64,000 nucleotides of DNA, taken from NCBI GenBank assembly GCA_000934665.2, contig JYFJ02000128.1, forward strand, positions 62,001-126,000. Direction: 5' to 3'. The DNA is from Catajapyx aquilonaris (Eukaryota). The position numbers were made by a program, and so were the translations under genes. Of this stretch, positions 1 through 14,018 are shown in pieces. Positions within the stretch are counted from its first letter, which is position 1, and each line of letters starts with the position of its first letter. The notes beneath the pieces are model-generated. The model was not told the DNA's origin. It did no database searches and saw only the letters and a list, made by a program, of their open reading frames with translations.

Positions 1-3000
1 GGATTTAGATAGTGTCGCCCACCATGCGATATTGCATCTCTCCTAGTGTACAAATCCAGACATATTGAAATACAACCCTATCCTGTTATGATTTCCTTCT
101 TCCGGAAGCCTGATCTCTGTAACGGGGATTCCCCGCCAGCTAAAAGTCGACCTTATCAGCAGTTATTCGTCAACCTTAAATGATAACGCTGCCAGTTCGG
201 CCTTGCGAACGTCGTACATTAGCTTCTCTCACCTCATAATTCATCCGGCATCCCGAGCGTCTGACGTAGACTCTAATGACGACGCCCCCTTCCCCCCCTC
301 TTACACCCACATTCAACCCCCTCCTTGGAAGAAGACGCTCCTCGTCTTATATGCAAAAATTCGAAACCTCGATTGTGGAGGCAGTGCTGACCCCATTCTA
401 AGGCTTACTGTCTTCACAAACATCCTTTAGGAGCTCTCGGATGAAAGCTTGCAAGCTTAGGGATCATTTTCGACAGCCATAATTAGACCTTTTCAGTCAA
501 GTCATCGCCAGAACGATTGCACGCTCGACAGATCTAATTTATCTGACGTCCAGGGCCTCCTAATTTGTACCCGGTGTCACGGAAATTTGGATTCGGATCA
601 CCAAATTGGCAACGCCGCTCCTATCCTGTCCAATCGCTGGCCTTTTTATCAAACGACGGCCGCTACTGATTGGTTGCGAAGGGCGAAGACGCGCTGCAGC
701 GTTTGCAAGTAGTTTTATTTGTCATTTTAATGACTCCCGTCGCTTTACGACCACCGTATTTTTGATCGTTACGAGTACTTGGTTCTGCCAAAAATAGATG
801 TTACATACTGCACGGCAATAAACCACACATATTGCCCTCAAAACTCGATACGCGCGTTATTACATACATTTGCGCAGAAATTGCTGTATTTTGGTGACGC
901 TATTTATTTATTTTATTTATTTTATTGGATACCTGGTGGGACAATATTTGTTACTGTTCATGCGCGAAATTGTGTAATAGTAGGCACACTTGCCAAATTT
1001 GCAGACAGAATATTTACACACAGAACATCGCAATTTACGAATGGTCCACGAGCCAGCCAGAAATCCTTAAAAAAAACTCGTGTTTGCCTCCCCAGAACAA
1101 AGAAACCTTCACGGATGGTTTATTTCCTCTTAACATTCGTTGCTTATCATCGCTCCGGACAAGAATGAGGCTATTTTTCCTACGAGAGGAGCCATCAACC
1201 GGAGCTAAATGCCCTTCAAATTGCTACTCCAGGTTATTGCTGCCTGTGGAGCTTTAACGGCGCCACCAGCATCGATTTGGCACACCTGCAGCAAATTTAA
1301 TGGAGGGAACGAAATAAATCCCCGCACACTTAATCACTACCTCGCAGCAATCCGGGAAAATCTGAGAGGACTCATCAAAATAGCAAAAAACGAGAAAAAA
1401 TTCTGCAGGAAGATTTAGGTTCTGCAAATGGATTGAAAATTTGCTTTACCCTGGTCCCCAAAACCGCATTTTTGCAGCCGGTGCTCCAATATTGGCAAGT
1501 GCTAACCTACTGTGCATCTTCCCTTCTTTATGACTCAATAAAATACCCATTAACACAGAGTATTTAAATGTTATATATTCACCTCGTGTAGGGAGATAAG
1601 GAAAGTCTGAGTGCGATCGGTGGTAACGACCTTACGCCTTTTTCTGAGGTTGAATTTACATAAGGCATAATCCCACAGGAGGAGTCACACAACTTTTAAA
1701 CTAGAAAAGAAGGTGACCTCACACGGATTTGGCTTTATGCAAAAACAGAATCCACCGAAAAATTATTAACCTGCCTGTTGTCCCCCAGAGTTACAGTGCT
1801 ACGTGTGTGGACATGACTAAACAAACGGAATGAGGAACAGCAGGATGAAGAATGAACATGTACCATGTCGTTCTGGAGTGAAGAAATCCCCAGGCACATT
1901 GTTCTGTACGCCCACAACAGTTACACACAAAAAAGTAAACTGACGAGTTGGATCCTGGTGAAAAATTTAGTTAGAATAATTCATGGCCGCGAATAAGCAT
2001 AATTAGGGTCAGGATACTCGTCGCTGTAATTAATTTCGGATTGTAAAAGCTAATGGTACAAAGGCATCAACAACGCAACGTGTATGTACTACAGCCCACT
2101 CACAAAAAAATCCAATAACGAGTGACGTATTTTACGACTCATAACTTCCACGTGTATTGCACTCGGCTTCCATAATGCCCCCAGTGTTCCTGACCAGATA
2201 ATCGCCTTACATATTAAGCTCGTTTCTCAAACCAGACGTCAAAAAATTAATTAGTGCAATCACGTCCTAGTAAAATCAACGATTAAGAATGTATAAAGCA
2301 ACAATGTCAGTCATAGAAAGTGGTGAAGTGAAGAACCCGAAGGCAGTTTTAGTGATAAGTCTTGATAATTTCTGGCCATAAATGTACAGCTTGTGCATTA
2401 TATCAAGGGAGTTCCATGGACACTTCTTCATTATGGCAGTAGGTGGCGGCACATGCTCAACCACATCCAACAGATGGCAGCAAAAATGAGCCGCACCAAA
2501 ATGGCCTCCTCTGGAGGGCCAGGTTCAGCTACATAAAACTGCTCCAAAAGATCAGGTCTTTAGCCCAATCTGGTCGTGAAAACTTGTTACTTGGGCATAA
2601 TGGATATCTCCCGCAGGAAATCATGAGCGCTGCACCTAGTTAGAGCCTAATTTCCTCCTTGTAGTTAAGTGATGCCTCGTCTGTTGTTTTCACCGCAAAT
2701 TACTTTCGGCAGGCGACGCATGCTGCTCTTAAGGATACCTTCTAACTCATCGTCCTTTATTAGCTGTACCTTTGCTCATAACTTCGCCCTAATAGACCTA
2801 GTTAGCTTCTTTTTACCCAAGAAAACGCTTTGAAGATGCTTCTGGTAAATCTTTCGAGGAGAAAATAAATAACGAATGCTCTGCTACATGTTTTTTACTT
2901 TTTCCATTCTTAGCATAAACGTGGGGGAAGGACGATCCTAATCGAGATTGGCAGAGATGAAGGCTTAAAATGATCGATTGAATTTGATTAACGTTCATAT

Positions 3001-5859
3001 ATGGTATCAAAGGTAGCTATGGCATGCATCGGTTAGTCGCGATTGGATTCTAGGAAAGGAACGTGGCTTTGGCCAAGCTTGAAGCTGATCACAATCGTTT
3101 TTTCCCAAGTTACTTTGGTGCTTCAAAAATGACTGTTGTAACCAAATGGTATCGACAAAATTAGCATAACAAACAGTGCAATTTTCTTAATTTTAAACAT
3201 GAAAACACATCGTTAACGCCATAGTTAATCCACTGTCATTAGCCAATTATTGAATTGCAATAGCTAATTTAACTGCATTATCATAATAACGTTATGAGGC
3301 TTGGTAAAAATCTACAATAAACAGCAGTACTGAAGGAAATAATTAGATTAGGACCCACAAATAAGTATGACCTCATCACGGCACCACACGTGCGAAAAGG
3401 TATAATCCGTCTATTTGAGAGCAATCTTACAGCAATTACAGTACACATGCCCTCACATTAACCTTTCCATGTGATAAAGAGCAGGTTAAGCACCGCATTA
3501 GTTATGATCTTAAAATCTAACACTAATGCTGTCCTGTATATTTGGGGCGGGACAGCGTAAGCGATAATTTTTATGGTTGGAAAATGCCACGTTGGAGCTC
3601 GTTAGCATACAATGTCAAACAGTACATCATATAACCTCTCCATGTAGTGTCCTAGATTCCTTCAACACTGATGCAATCAACTAAATATCCTACACCAGAC
3701 TGAACACATACGCATGTTTCCAATAATTCAACACAAATGTACAAAAACGAAACAAATACCCCAAAAAACCGTCCCCTCTGAAATTGGACAGCAGAATGTT
3801 ACCCCAGAGGTGTGAAATAGTTTCCAAATGGCTCAAAAAATTCTACACACATTGATAAAAGGACTCGTGGCACGTTGCTGCTGCTGCTGCCTGAATGCAC
3901 CGCAGACTATTCCCCGCTTATTGACGTCGCTGTTCTGCTATAACTCAGCTTTTTCGTTTGGCACACCCCCACAAACGCTCCAGGCACCCTATATAGCCCC
4001 CATTATCGCGTTTTTTGCCATTGTGTCGTAACACTTTTAAAGCCCGGTGCGATCGCTTATATAGGCCTACACGTTCAATGTTGATAATATCCACACCTTT
4101 TGAATGCATTACATTGCAACCATCCTGAAAATAAATTTGCAATAACCACAAAATGTCATTAACATCAGGGACATGCCATTAAAAGCAGAATTTTATTAAC
4201 TGTTTATTCTCAGGAAAGTTCGATTTTAACAGTACTTCCGGGCGACCAAAAATAGAGCGGCCATTATATCACTAGTGACATATACGGCTCAAAGCTATTA
4301 TCGGGACAAAAACCAGAAACCCCCCCGTGTTGAACTTGCTTCCATAGACCATTTCCTCTTTAAAAAGTTTAGGCCCTTTTAGAAAATGTTCCTAGTTTGG
4401 CGACAATCATTAGCCTCCAAGGCATGCTCAACTTCGCCTCAATGGATTTTTCCTTTTCAAACTTCCCTCGAATGCCCTAAACCCACTAGCGTTCGCTGAA
4501 TACTAGTTACTTGCTGAATTTTTAAATTTAAAAAAACATGTTTCCCAAATCCGTCTAATACTAATTAGTACAACACTAAATAACAGCTCGTAATTCGTGT
4601 GGTTCATTACCTCTCTGGGAATATTAAAACTGAAGTCAATTGACGGAACGTTTAAAATTCCATTCTAACCCCATGTCGCATGAGAATAACGTGGCGATGA
4701 TTATCTCACGAGAGATTAAAATCCCCAGTCATAAAAGTCACTTAGAGAATCCAGATAACTTCACACGACCCGACCCTTCACGATCATCACCATCAATTTT
4801 TTTCTCCTTTCCTCTCTTCNCAAAAGCCTCCGTTCCGTGCCCTATCCGTCACGCCGAATTTATTCCGACCCAACAGCTCAAAGTCTCCTGAGCGCCTGAT
4901 AATTTCACACAGGCAACGGAATATCCCCTACTACCCCCCTTTACCCCAATGCCATAACCCGCCCCTTTTGTTAACGCCATGTAAATCTCCCAAGCCCACC
5001 CCCCTCTCTACCCACACGGCGCAATCCCTTCCACTCCAAAAACCACCACAACGCCGCAGCTGGCCTGCAAATCACCCAACTACAACCCCTCCCCATTCCC
5101 AGCCTCTCCCCACCTAAAATAATGCATAAGCACCTTTTTTTGTTATAAAGGCTCGTCTTTCAACCATATCCTCATACAACTCATTACAAGCATCTCTAAC
5201 ACTGAGCTTCTGTTTCAACATTGTTAAACCTACTTATATGTCAGCCGAATGCTTTTGAGTCCGGAAGTACAATGTGAGTAATAATAGGCCGAAATACTAC
5301 AGAGTATCACTAATTCTACACATGTCTTACAGTATAAAAGGGAAAGTATGTTTGTATGTCCGGGCTACCATACCCACTTTCAGACTACTGAGAGTGCTGA
5401 CACGTGGCACACTGATAATAGCAAATCGGACCCTGATTGAGGGAACTTGAACTAGCGAAACGCCACGTAGATTACTGCCTGGACCCTCTGTGGGAAGGGA
5501 ACAATCGTTATGTCCTTTACCGCTGGGGAAATTCAATCTGCGTTCGGAGATAATGACATTTTGGGGGCGTGAATCGAGAGCAGGGGTGGTTGTCTTAGAA
5601 AGCCGGGCAAAATCTCCCGAAATGCTGGCAAACTAAAGTGACGGATTTCAAAATCCGATCCCAACTCTGGGAAACGGCTTGCATTTTCCGGAAGGATAAT
5701 GTTCAGCCAGCATTTGTTTGAACTTTGCAAGGGGCCCCGAAAATTTCAGGCATACCCGCATCGTAGCTGCCAGTTCAGTACAGTACGCTCTCTGCAGTTA
5801 ATGAAATTAACGTCTATCACAACTGTACACAGTCATATTACTTCACAGGCGAATAAGCC

Positions 5860-6560
5860 ATGGTGGGAAACCCCTAATGCCAGCATCATTCAACCCTCTT
5901 GAAGTTTCTCAATAGTGATGGCGTGCACTTTGCGTGCAACAATGCAGCCCATTTACCTCAGGTTCATTTACACTGCAAGGCTCCAACCCAATTTTTCTAA
6001 ATAGCACCACATCGTGGTTCTCGAACGTATATAAAAAAGGCGCCCGCGCCAACTTTGAGAAACATTTTGAATCCTCGGCGCCGACGAAAAACCGCCAACG
6101 GGGATGAGTTAGTTCATTTCCAGAGTACCCCAGCTCCATTTCCATACTACAGGATGGTGCCTCGTCCTCTCCTCCACCCCATTTCCACCTCCACCTCATG
6201 AGAAAGGGAAAAAAAAACGCTATCTCTTTTCCATGCAAAAACAAGCCAGTTACTGCTCGAGAGACATCATCAGCCAGAGTATGGACCACCCTGCAAGGCA
6301 CTGGAGGGGTTGAAAATGGGAGAACCCCAAGATGAGTACCTTTCTTCCCAACCTAACTTCAACTGAAGATGAAAGGATTACACCCTTTCGTCCTCTTCAT
6401 TCCCCCCCCCCCTTTTTTTTTGTACTTCCCCAGATGGGCTAGGGGATTCCCCGCACTGGCCAAAATTCCAGTTCTAATTAGTCTATTCGGACGCGCCCTT
6501 TGTCATCCGTTGCTCAAGCCAAGCACGGCCCATTTCCTATTCCCCTCAAAATGTCCGTGA
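5860..6560 (+). mobile_element. Highly degraded 3' end of a non-LTR retrotransposon (RNase H plus C-terminal Cys/His knuckle; I/R1-like group)
   Basis: PW motif, IYT-x-GS with a 1-nt shift (atttacactgcaaggctcc), a PRTG motif and a C...HFLF..KCP ending, all in the expected order. Very divergent. Confidence 0.4.
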
Positions 6561-9500
6561 ATCTGGCCCCCTTTTTCGGTGGGGAGGACTGATGCACTGA
6601 TCTACGGAAATGCGGTCAAATGAGGTGGAGGCTGGGTGCTGGTGGGGAATGGCCAAATACCGGGCTCGACTCTCGTGGCATAGTCAATGACAGGGCGTCT
6701 ATTTACACTCTGCTTCCGCCATGTGCATGGATTGGGTAGATACGCCAAGGTTTTTTTTTATAGAGTGCATGTAGCTTGATCGTATCTGATTAATAATTAG
6801 TATTACTGGAAAAGTACTGGAAATATGGTTGGTACATTTTGCATAATATTGCAGTTGCTGTACATGCGCGACATATTTGTGCACCTATGTTATTATTCCG
6901 ACAAAAAGCATTTGTTTTCGGGCACTGGCAGGCCTACGGATGATTTTGCTGTTGTCATCATAACTGTAAACTTGTTGTGACATGTCACAAATAGTTATTG
7001 AGCACCACGAAAGCGGACCCTGCGGCAGAGAAAAGTTCTGGTTATACCTGCATAATCTCTCATTACTAAACATACATGCACATCCCCTACTTCATTATTT
7101 TATAACATAATGTAGTGTATAGATATTTCAACATGTTATTAAGGTATATATTACGCATACCAGTATGCCCGCAGTGCTTCAGAATTCGCGTACTCGTATC
7201 TATGAATCTAAATTAAGAAGGGATTTTAGGTAGGCATTATCTTTACCAAAATATGCTCGTACAGTTTCATACACGACGATGTACAGTGAACCGCCATGCT
7301 TTAATCATCAGTGATATTAATAGAACCTTTTTTGCACTTTAATAATGTAGGTTCCTATGTATCCCGTGTAGGAAAGAACTGCTTGAATTATATTACAGGC
7401 GTATAAAAGTAATCCACATTTGCTCTTTTGATACCCCGCAGTACCTGAACTGTATTATTACAGCTCCCTTGAAAGGCCTACTTGCAAATCTCACCAGGCA
7501 AAAAAATCACACTTCACATTAGCATGCTCTACTTTGAATTCATGTGACAATGTAGCTCCTTCCATACACACTTTCCGTCGAACAAGTAAGGCGAAATGGT
7601 GGCCTATATGTTTAGGATGAACTCGTCTCGCTGAAGGACGTGCTCTCATTTCCACATTTTGTCTGCACACATGCCGCGTTGCTGCCAATCCACCAATACT
7701 CAGTGACATTCAAGTCATGAACATATTGCCGATACTGATGCGATGTGTAATATCCAGGGGGCAGTGTCCTTTTCATTCCAGCAACATAACCATAATTCTC
7801 ACTGTATTCCCCATTTTTCATTCCTTATTCTTATCAGCTGCAGCATACCGCGTAAGCTTCTTGAAGATATCTCCAAATTCGAGCAAACACTCGGAGAAAA
7901 CGCAGCGCAGTCCAGAAATTCGGAATAAATGATACGACCAACGAAACATCTTAGGAGTTATTCTGTTTGCCACCCAGCCCAAACTTCTGCCAATCTCGCG
8001 TGTACCCGCAAACCGTCCTCGTTGACTTTCCTAGTAGTCTGTGAGCTCATCCATGAAAGTGCAGGCCCCATCCCCATCTTCACCATGTTTCTAGCCAAGG
8101 CAGCTCGGTTGTAGCCAACTACCTTCAATTCAGAGGTCAAAACATCCCTAGAGGCCAACAACTGGAAATGTGCACAACATATCCAGGCTTGGCTTGGCTA
8201 CTTTTGCACCTCCCTTTCAAGATCGAGCACATGACAAGTGCAGACACTATACCAACAATTCAACCCCGCCCATCTCAGCTTCTCGCCTCCAGGCCATCTC
8301 CTTGCTAATAAGAAACACAAGAAACCAATCCACATTCATTACCCTGATCGAAAGAAGACAAGGACCTCCACGCATCAGACGCTCCAAGAATACTTAAGCC
8401 TTTAGTCAACCCCTCACATTGCTTTTCTTATTACCCTTTTTTCCCTCCTCCTCATTTTTTTTCTTCACCAGACTTAAGGCGTCCAAGTTGTAGCTAATCT
8501 GGCCTCCCGAGTTCTCTTCGTTCCCTTTGAACCCAATTACTGCGCGACCCGCAGGCTTGACGACAATGGCAGCCATTTCCCTCATCCTTTTGTTCCTTGC
8601 ACGAAGTTTTCTGATTCGTTTTCGGGTTCCCCCGAAAACAAGGTCTGCCCTTCATCCCTCCCAGGCCCCATCCCTTACCCCCTACCCTTCCCAGGGCATC
8701 ATGACTTATAGGCGAGCTGCGGATGGAAATTGTGACCGAATAACCTACTTGTTTCAGAGAGAACCCCACCAACTTCGGGAAGTAGAATTTATACCGGGAT
8801 GGTGTGGGGTCGCATGTAAATTGCGGGTACGTATCTGATTGGAGATGTCATAAAAATGTCAACAAAATATACGACATAATTTTAACGCTGTGTGTGTGAT
8901 GTGTAAAAAAATAGTGTACAGTGCAGAGATGGGAATTACTACGTCAGCTACAATATACGATCATGTTGTCATATGTCGCTTTTGATATAGCAGCGCTTGC
9001 AGTTGGTCGTAAATACGGTCATTTTGCAGCTCCATTTAATTCCTTTTTCCGCTTGTTAAGTATCTGTTTCATTTTAAGTTATGAGCGTATATGAAACGAG
9101 CTCGACAACACAGGCGAGACTGTACAGTGTCTAAGTCCAGCCACTTTAGTAAGTGCACCTGCACTCCTCACACAAGCATTAGCAAATCAGTAATTAACTA
9201 CCCACAAATTACCGCCCTCAGCCCAAACTACACCTCCGAACAAAAATCCAAGCCCATAATCCACAGCTAATCTCCCATTCCTATGCCTCCGATAACCTTA
9301 TCTGGAATGAAGCCGTAAGTAGTACTCCTCTGGCACATAAAGCCAGCCTCTTGTCTCCGCCCACACGGATCCGCATCACACATTAGTCGTTCCCCATGTG
9401 GGAAGCCACTCAGACGTCGGTTTTATGGCCGATTCCGTGTCCATCGGAGCCAAGGATGCTCTTCGTCATGGGTCTCCTACAAGCTGGACGTGGCGCCCTT

Positions 9501-11499
9501 CTTTACGATCCCATTGTTTCCTATACTGCCCCAGCATCCTATGGACAAGGAAGGAATCCGAGGCACGTTTTCTCAAGGCGTCATGTGCACTCGATTTGAC
9601 GCGCTGTCACAGGAACACTGCTTATTATATGCACCTATAATGTGACCCCGTATTCTGTCTCATCGCCTATTGTTTAAAGCAGAAAGTGGATCTCCTGTAA
9701 ATTTAACGCAACGTGCCGCATAAGTCACAGCTGAAAATGTCTGGCACTACTTATCCCCAATTTGGCAATTTCCACGAATTCTGTTCTGCATATTCATTAC
9801 GCGAGCTCCATATGCAAAATAGACATCGTATTTGGAGAGAGTGACATCACTTGCTGGAGGAGCTTCTAGTCAGGGTGGCATAACTTGACCCTCTAATTTT
9901 TTACCCTCGACTGTCACTTGGCACCGTGTCGAAGGTTGCCCCGCCGCCGGAGGAGTCATCAGTGGAAATTGCTTTACACACCAGCATGGAATAACTCTTG
10001 GCTTCCGCACTGTTTGCGGTGCAAAACCTTGGTGGCATATACTGCAATTTCAACCCCACGGTTTATTTTTGCACGCGCTCAGGGAAAACCATGGCATTCG
10101 GCCCAATTCCCGCTATTTTCCAATTACCAGCTCGAGAGGTCAAGTTGAGGGGATATCAGCTGATTAAGCCAGGATTGGCATTCCATTGGCGGATTGACAA
10201 TTTTGCTCACTTTTGGAGCCGTCTCGAAAAAAACAACGGTTCTTGCCCCCTTGTTTCTAAAGAACAATGTTATTTAATAAGGACCGGACAGCAACTGTCA
10301 GTCCATAAATCACTTGGCCCGAGGGTGTGAAACGAAGATGTTTTCCTCTCGTCTGCTCTTAGTTTTCTTCCGAGATTCTCTTCCGCCCGATGCTCCGAAA
10401 CGTCAGAATGCCGACGCGGCGTTCATTTATTAGCGTCACAGGCACGCTGCATGGAGGACCCCCCATTTGGTTGCCAGCATTCCTGCCAGCGTTTCCTTCG
10501 AGCAGCTCTCGACAAGAGATTAACATCCTAATTGCGCCGCTTTCTACACTCCAGCCAAGCACACACACCCTCCCCTCGCTGCCTTTCTGTCCCTTGCAAA
10601 TGGAGAAAACGACAGAAGATGGGGGGGCCTCCTCTATGGAAACTGTCTGTTCGAGTAAAGGCTGTTTCGACGATTGACGGTTTCAATTCCAGGAATTCCA
10701 GGAATCGAAACGACTGTATATCGGAATCGGGAAATGTCAACAGAAAGGTCGTACAACTTTTTGACTGTCCCATGTGTCACGCAGAATGGACATCACAACT
10801 AGTTACAGATAAAAATTTGTGTTTCTAGAACTGTAATATGAGAATGAAGTCATCACCCAAGTTCTAAGCGCGATGAATGAGTGGTTTTGTTGGACGCTGA
10901 CCTAGCGATATGTCCTCAGCACCTTCTTTTTTAAATCATCAGCTGGCCCACGTCCATTTTGGACACACCCACCCTGCATAAGTGTTTGAACTAATTTTAC
11001 GAGCTGGAGGCCACGTGCTCGGCGAAACTAGCATCGCTCCTGATCAGCACTTGTCATCGCACAGAAATGGCGTCTCCCTGACGTGCCAAGTCGTTCCCAC
11101 TGCTTATAAACACATCGGAGGTGTCACCCTGTGTCATCCTCAACGACGCGAATGCCAAATAGCTACCACACCTTACAGTCAGAAATATTGCAGAAGGAAG
11201 CGGAGTTTGATGAACACTGCTGTACTGTGCGAGGTTGTTTACATTTCCAAGTGATAATAAACATGTCATCTCAACTGGTCTAATTTCAGACTTGTGATCA
11301 TATCAACATTGCGAGTGATCAACAGACCATATATGGACTCGTATGACACCGTTGAAAAGTGCGAATGCCAGATTCTGTTATTATAATCATACGCAATCTG
11401 TACTACATGCAGGTAAAATGTAACCAACGTTTAGCATGAAGCCCTCTCTGGATGAGCGCTCAATTCAATATCTTTCCGGTTGGAATCGTTAGAGGGCCA

Positions 11500-11625
11500 G
11501 AAGAGGGCTGTTAATTCGCGAGACCCTCGCGAGAGGGACGGATCGACCCGGTTTTCTGGATTTTGCGCGCGGGAATCGAACCAAGCATGCTCATTACTCG
11601 CGGAATCGCTACCGATCATGCAAAA
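11500..11625 (-). mobile_element. Possible tRNA-derived SINE remnant
   Basis: The minus strand has a B-box-like GGTTCGATTCC and an upstream weak A-box-like ATGATCGGTAG. There is no cloverleaf. Confidence 0.25.
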
Positions 11626-11648
11626 GATGATATAAATTCGGTGCTTAC

Positions 11649-11762
11649 CAGTGCGGCACCCATTCTCGTCGGTTTCGTCCAAGCAGTCGACTGATCCGTC
11701 ACATTTTCTGTAATCCGGTATGCAACGGCCACTGTCACATTCAAACTCGTCCTGTCGGCACA
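11649..11762 (-). CDS. trol: Perlecan exon 7: LDLa repeat 3 (CRQDEFECDSGRCIPDYRKCDGSVDCLDETDENGC)
   Basis: Canonical LDLa consensus, acceptor cttcctcgacag|TG, donor CTG|GTAAGC, 114 nt, phase 1-1. Confidence 0.92.
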
Positions 11763-12670
11763 CTGTCGAGGAAGTGAAATTACGCGTATTATGTGTTGAA
11801 GACATGTGGGTACAATCTCACGAATGTAATTATGGAACAAATTGCGGTATTGCCAATTTTTCTTCTCGCTGAGTGATAAATTGGTGCTTTTTTAAGCCTA
11901 CCATTCCGTTTTCAGGAATGGAAGGAAACGGTGCATTCGTGAGAGTGATGTTTATGGAGGGCATGATCCTGGGACAGGTACATGCCTCACATCCAAGGTT
12001 TATGCAGTGAAACAAAAGCACTTAAGCCTTACACCAAGTTAATGCAGCTCATGTCACAATCAAACAATACTACATGGTGAGTCACTGAATTCCTCCAAAC
12101 TAACTCAGTAGACTATTTATGTAGCTATTTAACCATGTAAAGAGTCCAAATGAGAGTAATTGACCACTCCGAAGGTACTTGTATTGTATAAAATGTTTGA
12201 AGGAATACACAGGATCACCCTGTAGTGAATAGCTAGATACCATGTAAAGAGACCAATACAAGAGTGAGTGCAGGTTAGTTACATTTTAACATATCAAACT
12301 CATCACCAACTGGAACATACCACACTTATGTGTGGTTGTGGAATTATTTTTCACTGGTAAGTCTATATTACAAGCACAATCAAACGAGGTTAAATCCCTC
12401 TCCTTCCATAATTATCCGCTTCTAAAGCTACAACTTGGAATGTCCTGATTATTGCAACTTCAATGTTACCGTTGCCAACAAAAACCAAAATAAGCTATAG
12501 AGCTTATAAATATTAGCTCACACACCAGAGTGAGAATATTAATAAATCAGCAGCACTTGTTAAAACCGGTTAAGGCCCGGCAGCGTCAGTTTGGCATGTA
12601 AGAATCAAATGCTAGGCAGTGAATTAGGATTTTTGCAATGGAAGACTGCTTAGTGGCTTGCATCCTATAC

Positions 12671-12850
12671 CATCTTCGTCAGGACAATTTTCCTCGTCCT
12701 CTCCGTTGGGACAGTCTGGAGTTGAATCGCACCACTGAACCTCGCAAATGATGGTGCTGCCGTCGGGACAGGTTAAGGTTGTGTCAGCTCGGCATCGGTC
12801 CACAGCAGGTGGAGGTGTGGGCACTGGGACATCAGGCTGACCCTCCCGGC
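12671..12850 (-). CDS. trol: Perlecan exon 6: Pro-rich linker plus LDLa repeat 2 (CRADTTLTCPDGSTIICEVQWCDSTPDCPNGEDEENC)
   Basis: Acceptor cctcctcacag|GC, donor ATG|GTATAG, 180 nt, phase 1-1. Six Cys and a DC..GEDE motif. Confidence 0.88.
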
Positions 12851-13883
12851 CTGTGAGGAGGCCCGGCTAGGGGTCAAAAGCTCGCAAGGGATAATGGGAG
12901 TGTAACATACGAGCAGGTCATGCACATCGGTGTACCTGCTGCTTTTCAAGGCATGGCCATTAATCCTGCGACTGACTGTTCATGCACTGATTGCATATAT
13001 CACAAATTACATAAGACAACTACAAACAATGACTAAGTCCATGCCTCCTTTCAACTGCAAGTGTACTACATTAGGTAAAAAATGGAGTTGTGGCGTAATT
13101 ACGCAGATGGGAGCATCAGAAGAACCATTTCAACATGCAGCTACTCACTGAGACATCCGAAATGTTCAGCTTACTTAGCTGTCAAGGGTACAGGAAGAGT
13201 GCAGCAGACTACTTCTGAATAACAATGAGCAATGCAATATGCACATCCATGCAATGGTTTAGTTACACTCCTAACAAGTGAGTTCACGAACTACATTAGA
13301 TAGCATACACTTATGCAAGGTCATATACTTGTCTAGACACACTGTTATTACAAATTCGCAAAAATTATTTCAGTCGTGTAACTTTCATGCTCTAGGTTGC
13401 TATTACTGCACACACATCGAAATGCACATGCAACAACAAGGAAGTGCTACAATATCATTCAAGGAGATGGGGCAGTATGTGTAATAAAGGATGCATGGTG
13501 AATGGGAATCAGGTATGTCTTCATTTATATTTCTTATCTAATTGATTTATGTATCCAGGTATTCATCCTTGCAGTTTCGACACTCACACTGCAACCATCT
13601 TAACTTTCATTAGTAGACTACCATTAGGATGTTGTTTATTAATTCGCTTAGTCCTGCGAATAGGTTAGCTGCACTCATCCTTACCTTGGCCTAGTGTGGT
13701 CATCAATTTGCTGATGGCATGTTGACAACTCTACCAGACACTACAAAATGTGACTACTACATGTGAGCCCAAAGGCCATAAAACCCTGCACAGCTATATC
13801 ATGGATCACCAACAACACTTCTCCATACCCCTGTTCTGGAACACTTCTTGCAAACATCCATCGAGTCAAACGGGGATACTCAC

Positions 13884-14018
13884 CGGGACATCCCAGTTCA
13901 TCGCTGTGATCCCTGCATTGGAACTGCCCATCACACCTGCCAATGGCCGGAAAGCACTCGCCACTGCGACATGGGAGCTCCTCAGGACGACACTGCGACA
14001 CCGGTGGCGGTACTGGGG
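13884..14018 (-). CDS. trol: Perlecan exon 5: LDLa repeat 1 ([35 protein letters not shown])
   Basis: Six-Cys LDLa with a D-x-S-D-E motif, 135 nt, phase 1-1, donor CCG|GTGAGT. The acceptor gggtgcag is weak but is the only AG in the ~70 nt upstream. Confidence 0.88.

Noticed and set aside
12132..12256. 18-nt direct repeat accatgtaaagag(t/a)ccaa spaced 107 nt
   Set aside because: Only two copies, so a small local duplication rather than an array.
13685..13740. Cryptic exon with an AAG|GTAAGG donor between LDLa exons
   Set aside because: Candidate acceptors give 26, 46 or 56 nt, none frame-preserving, and there is no domain-like content.
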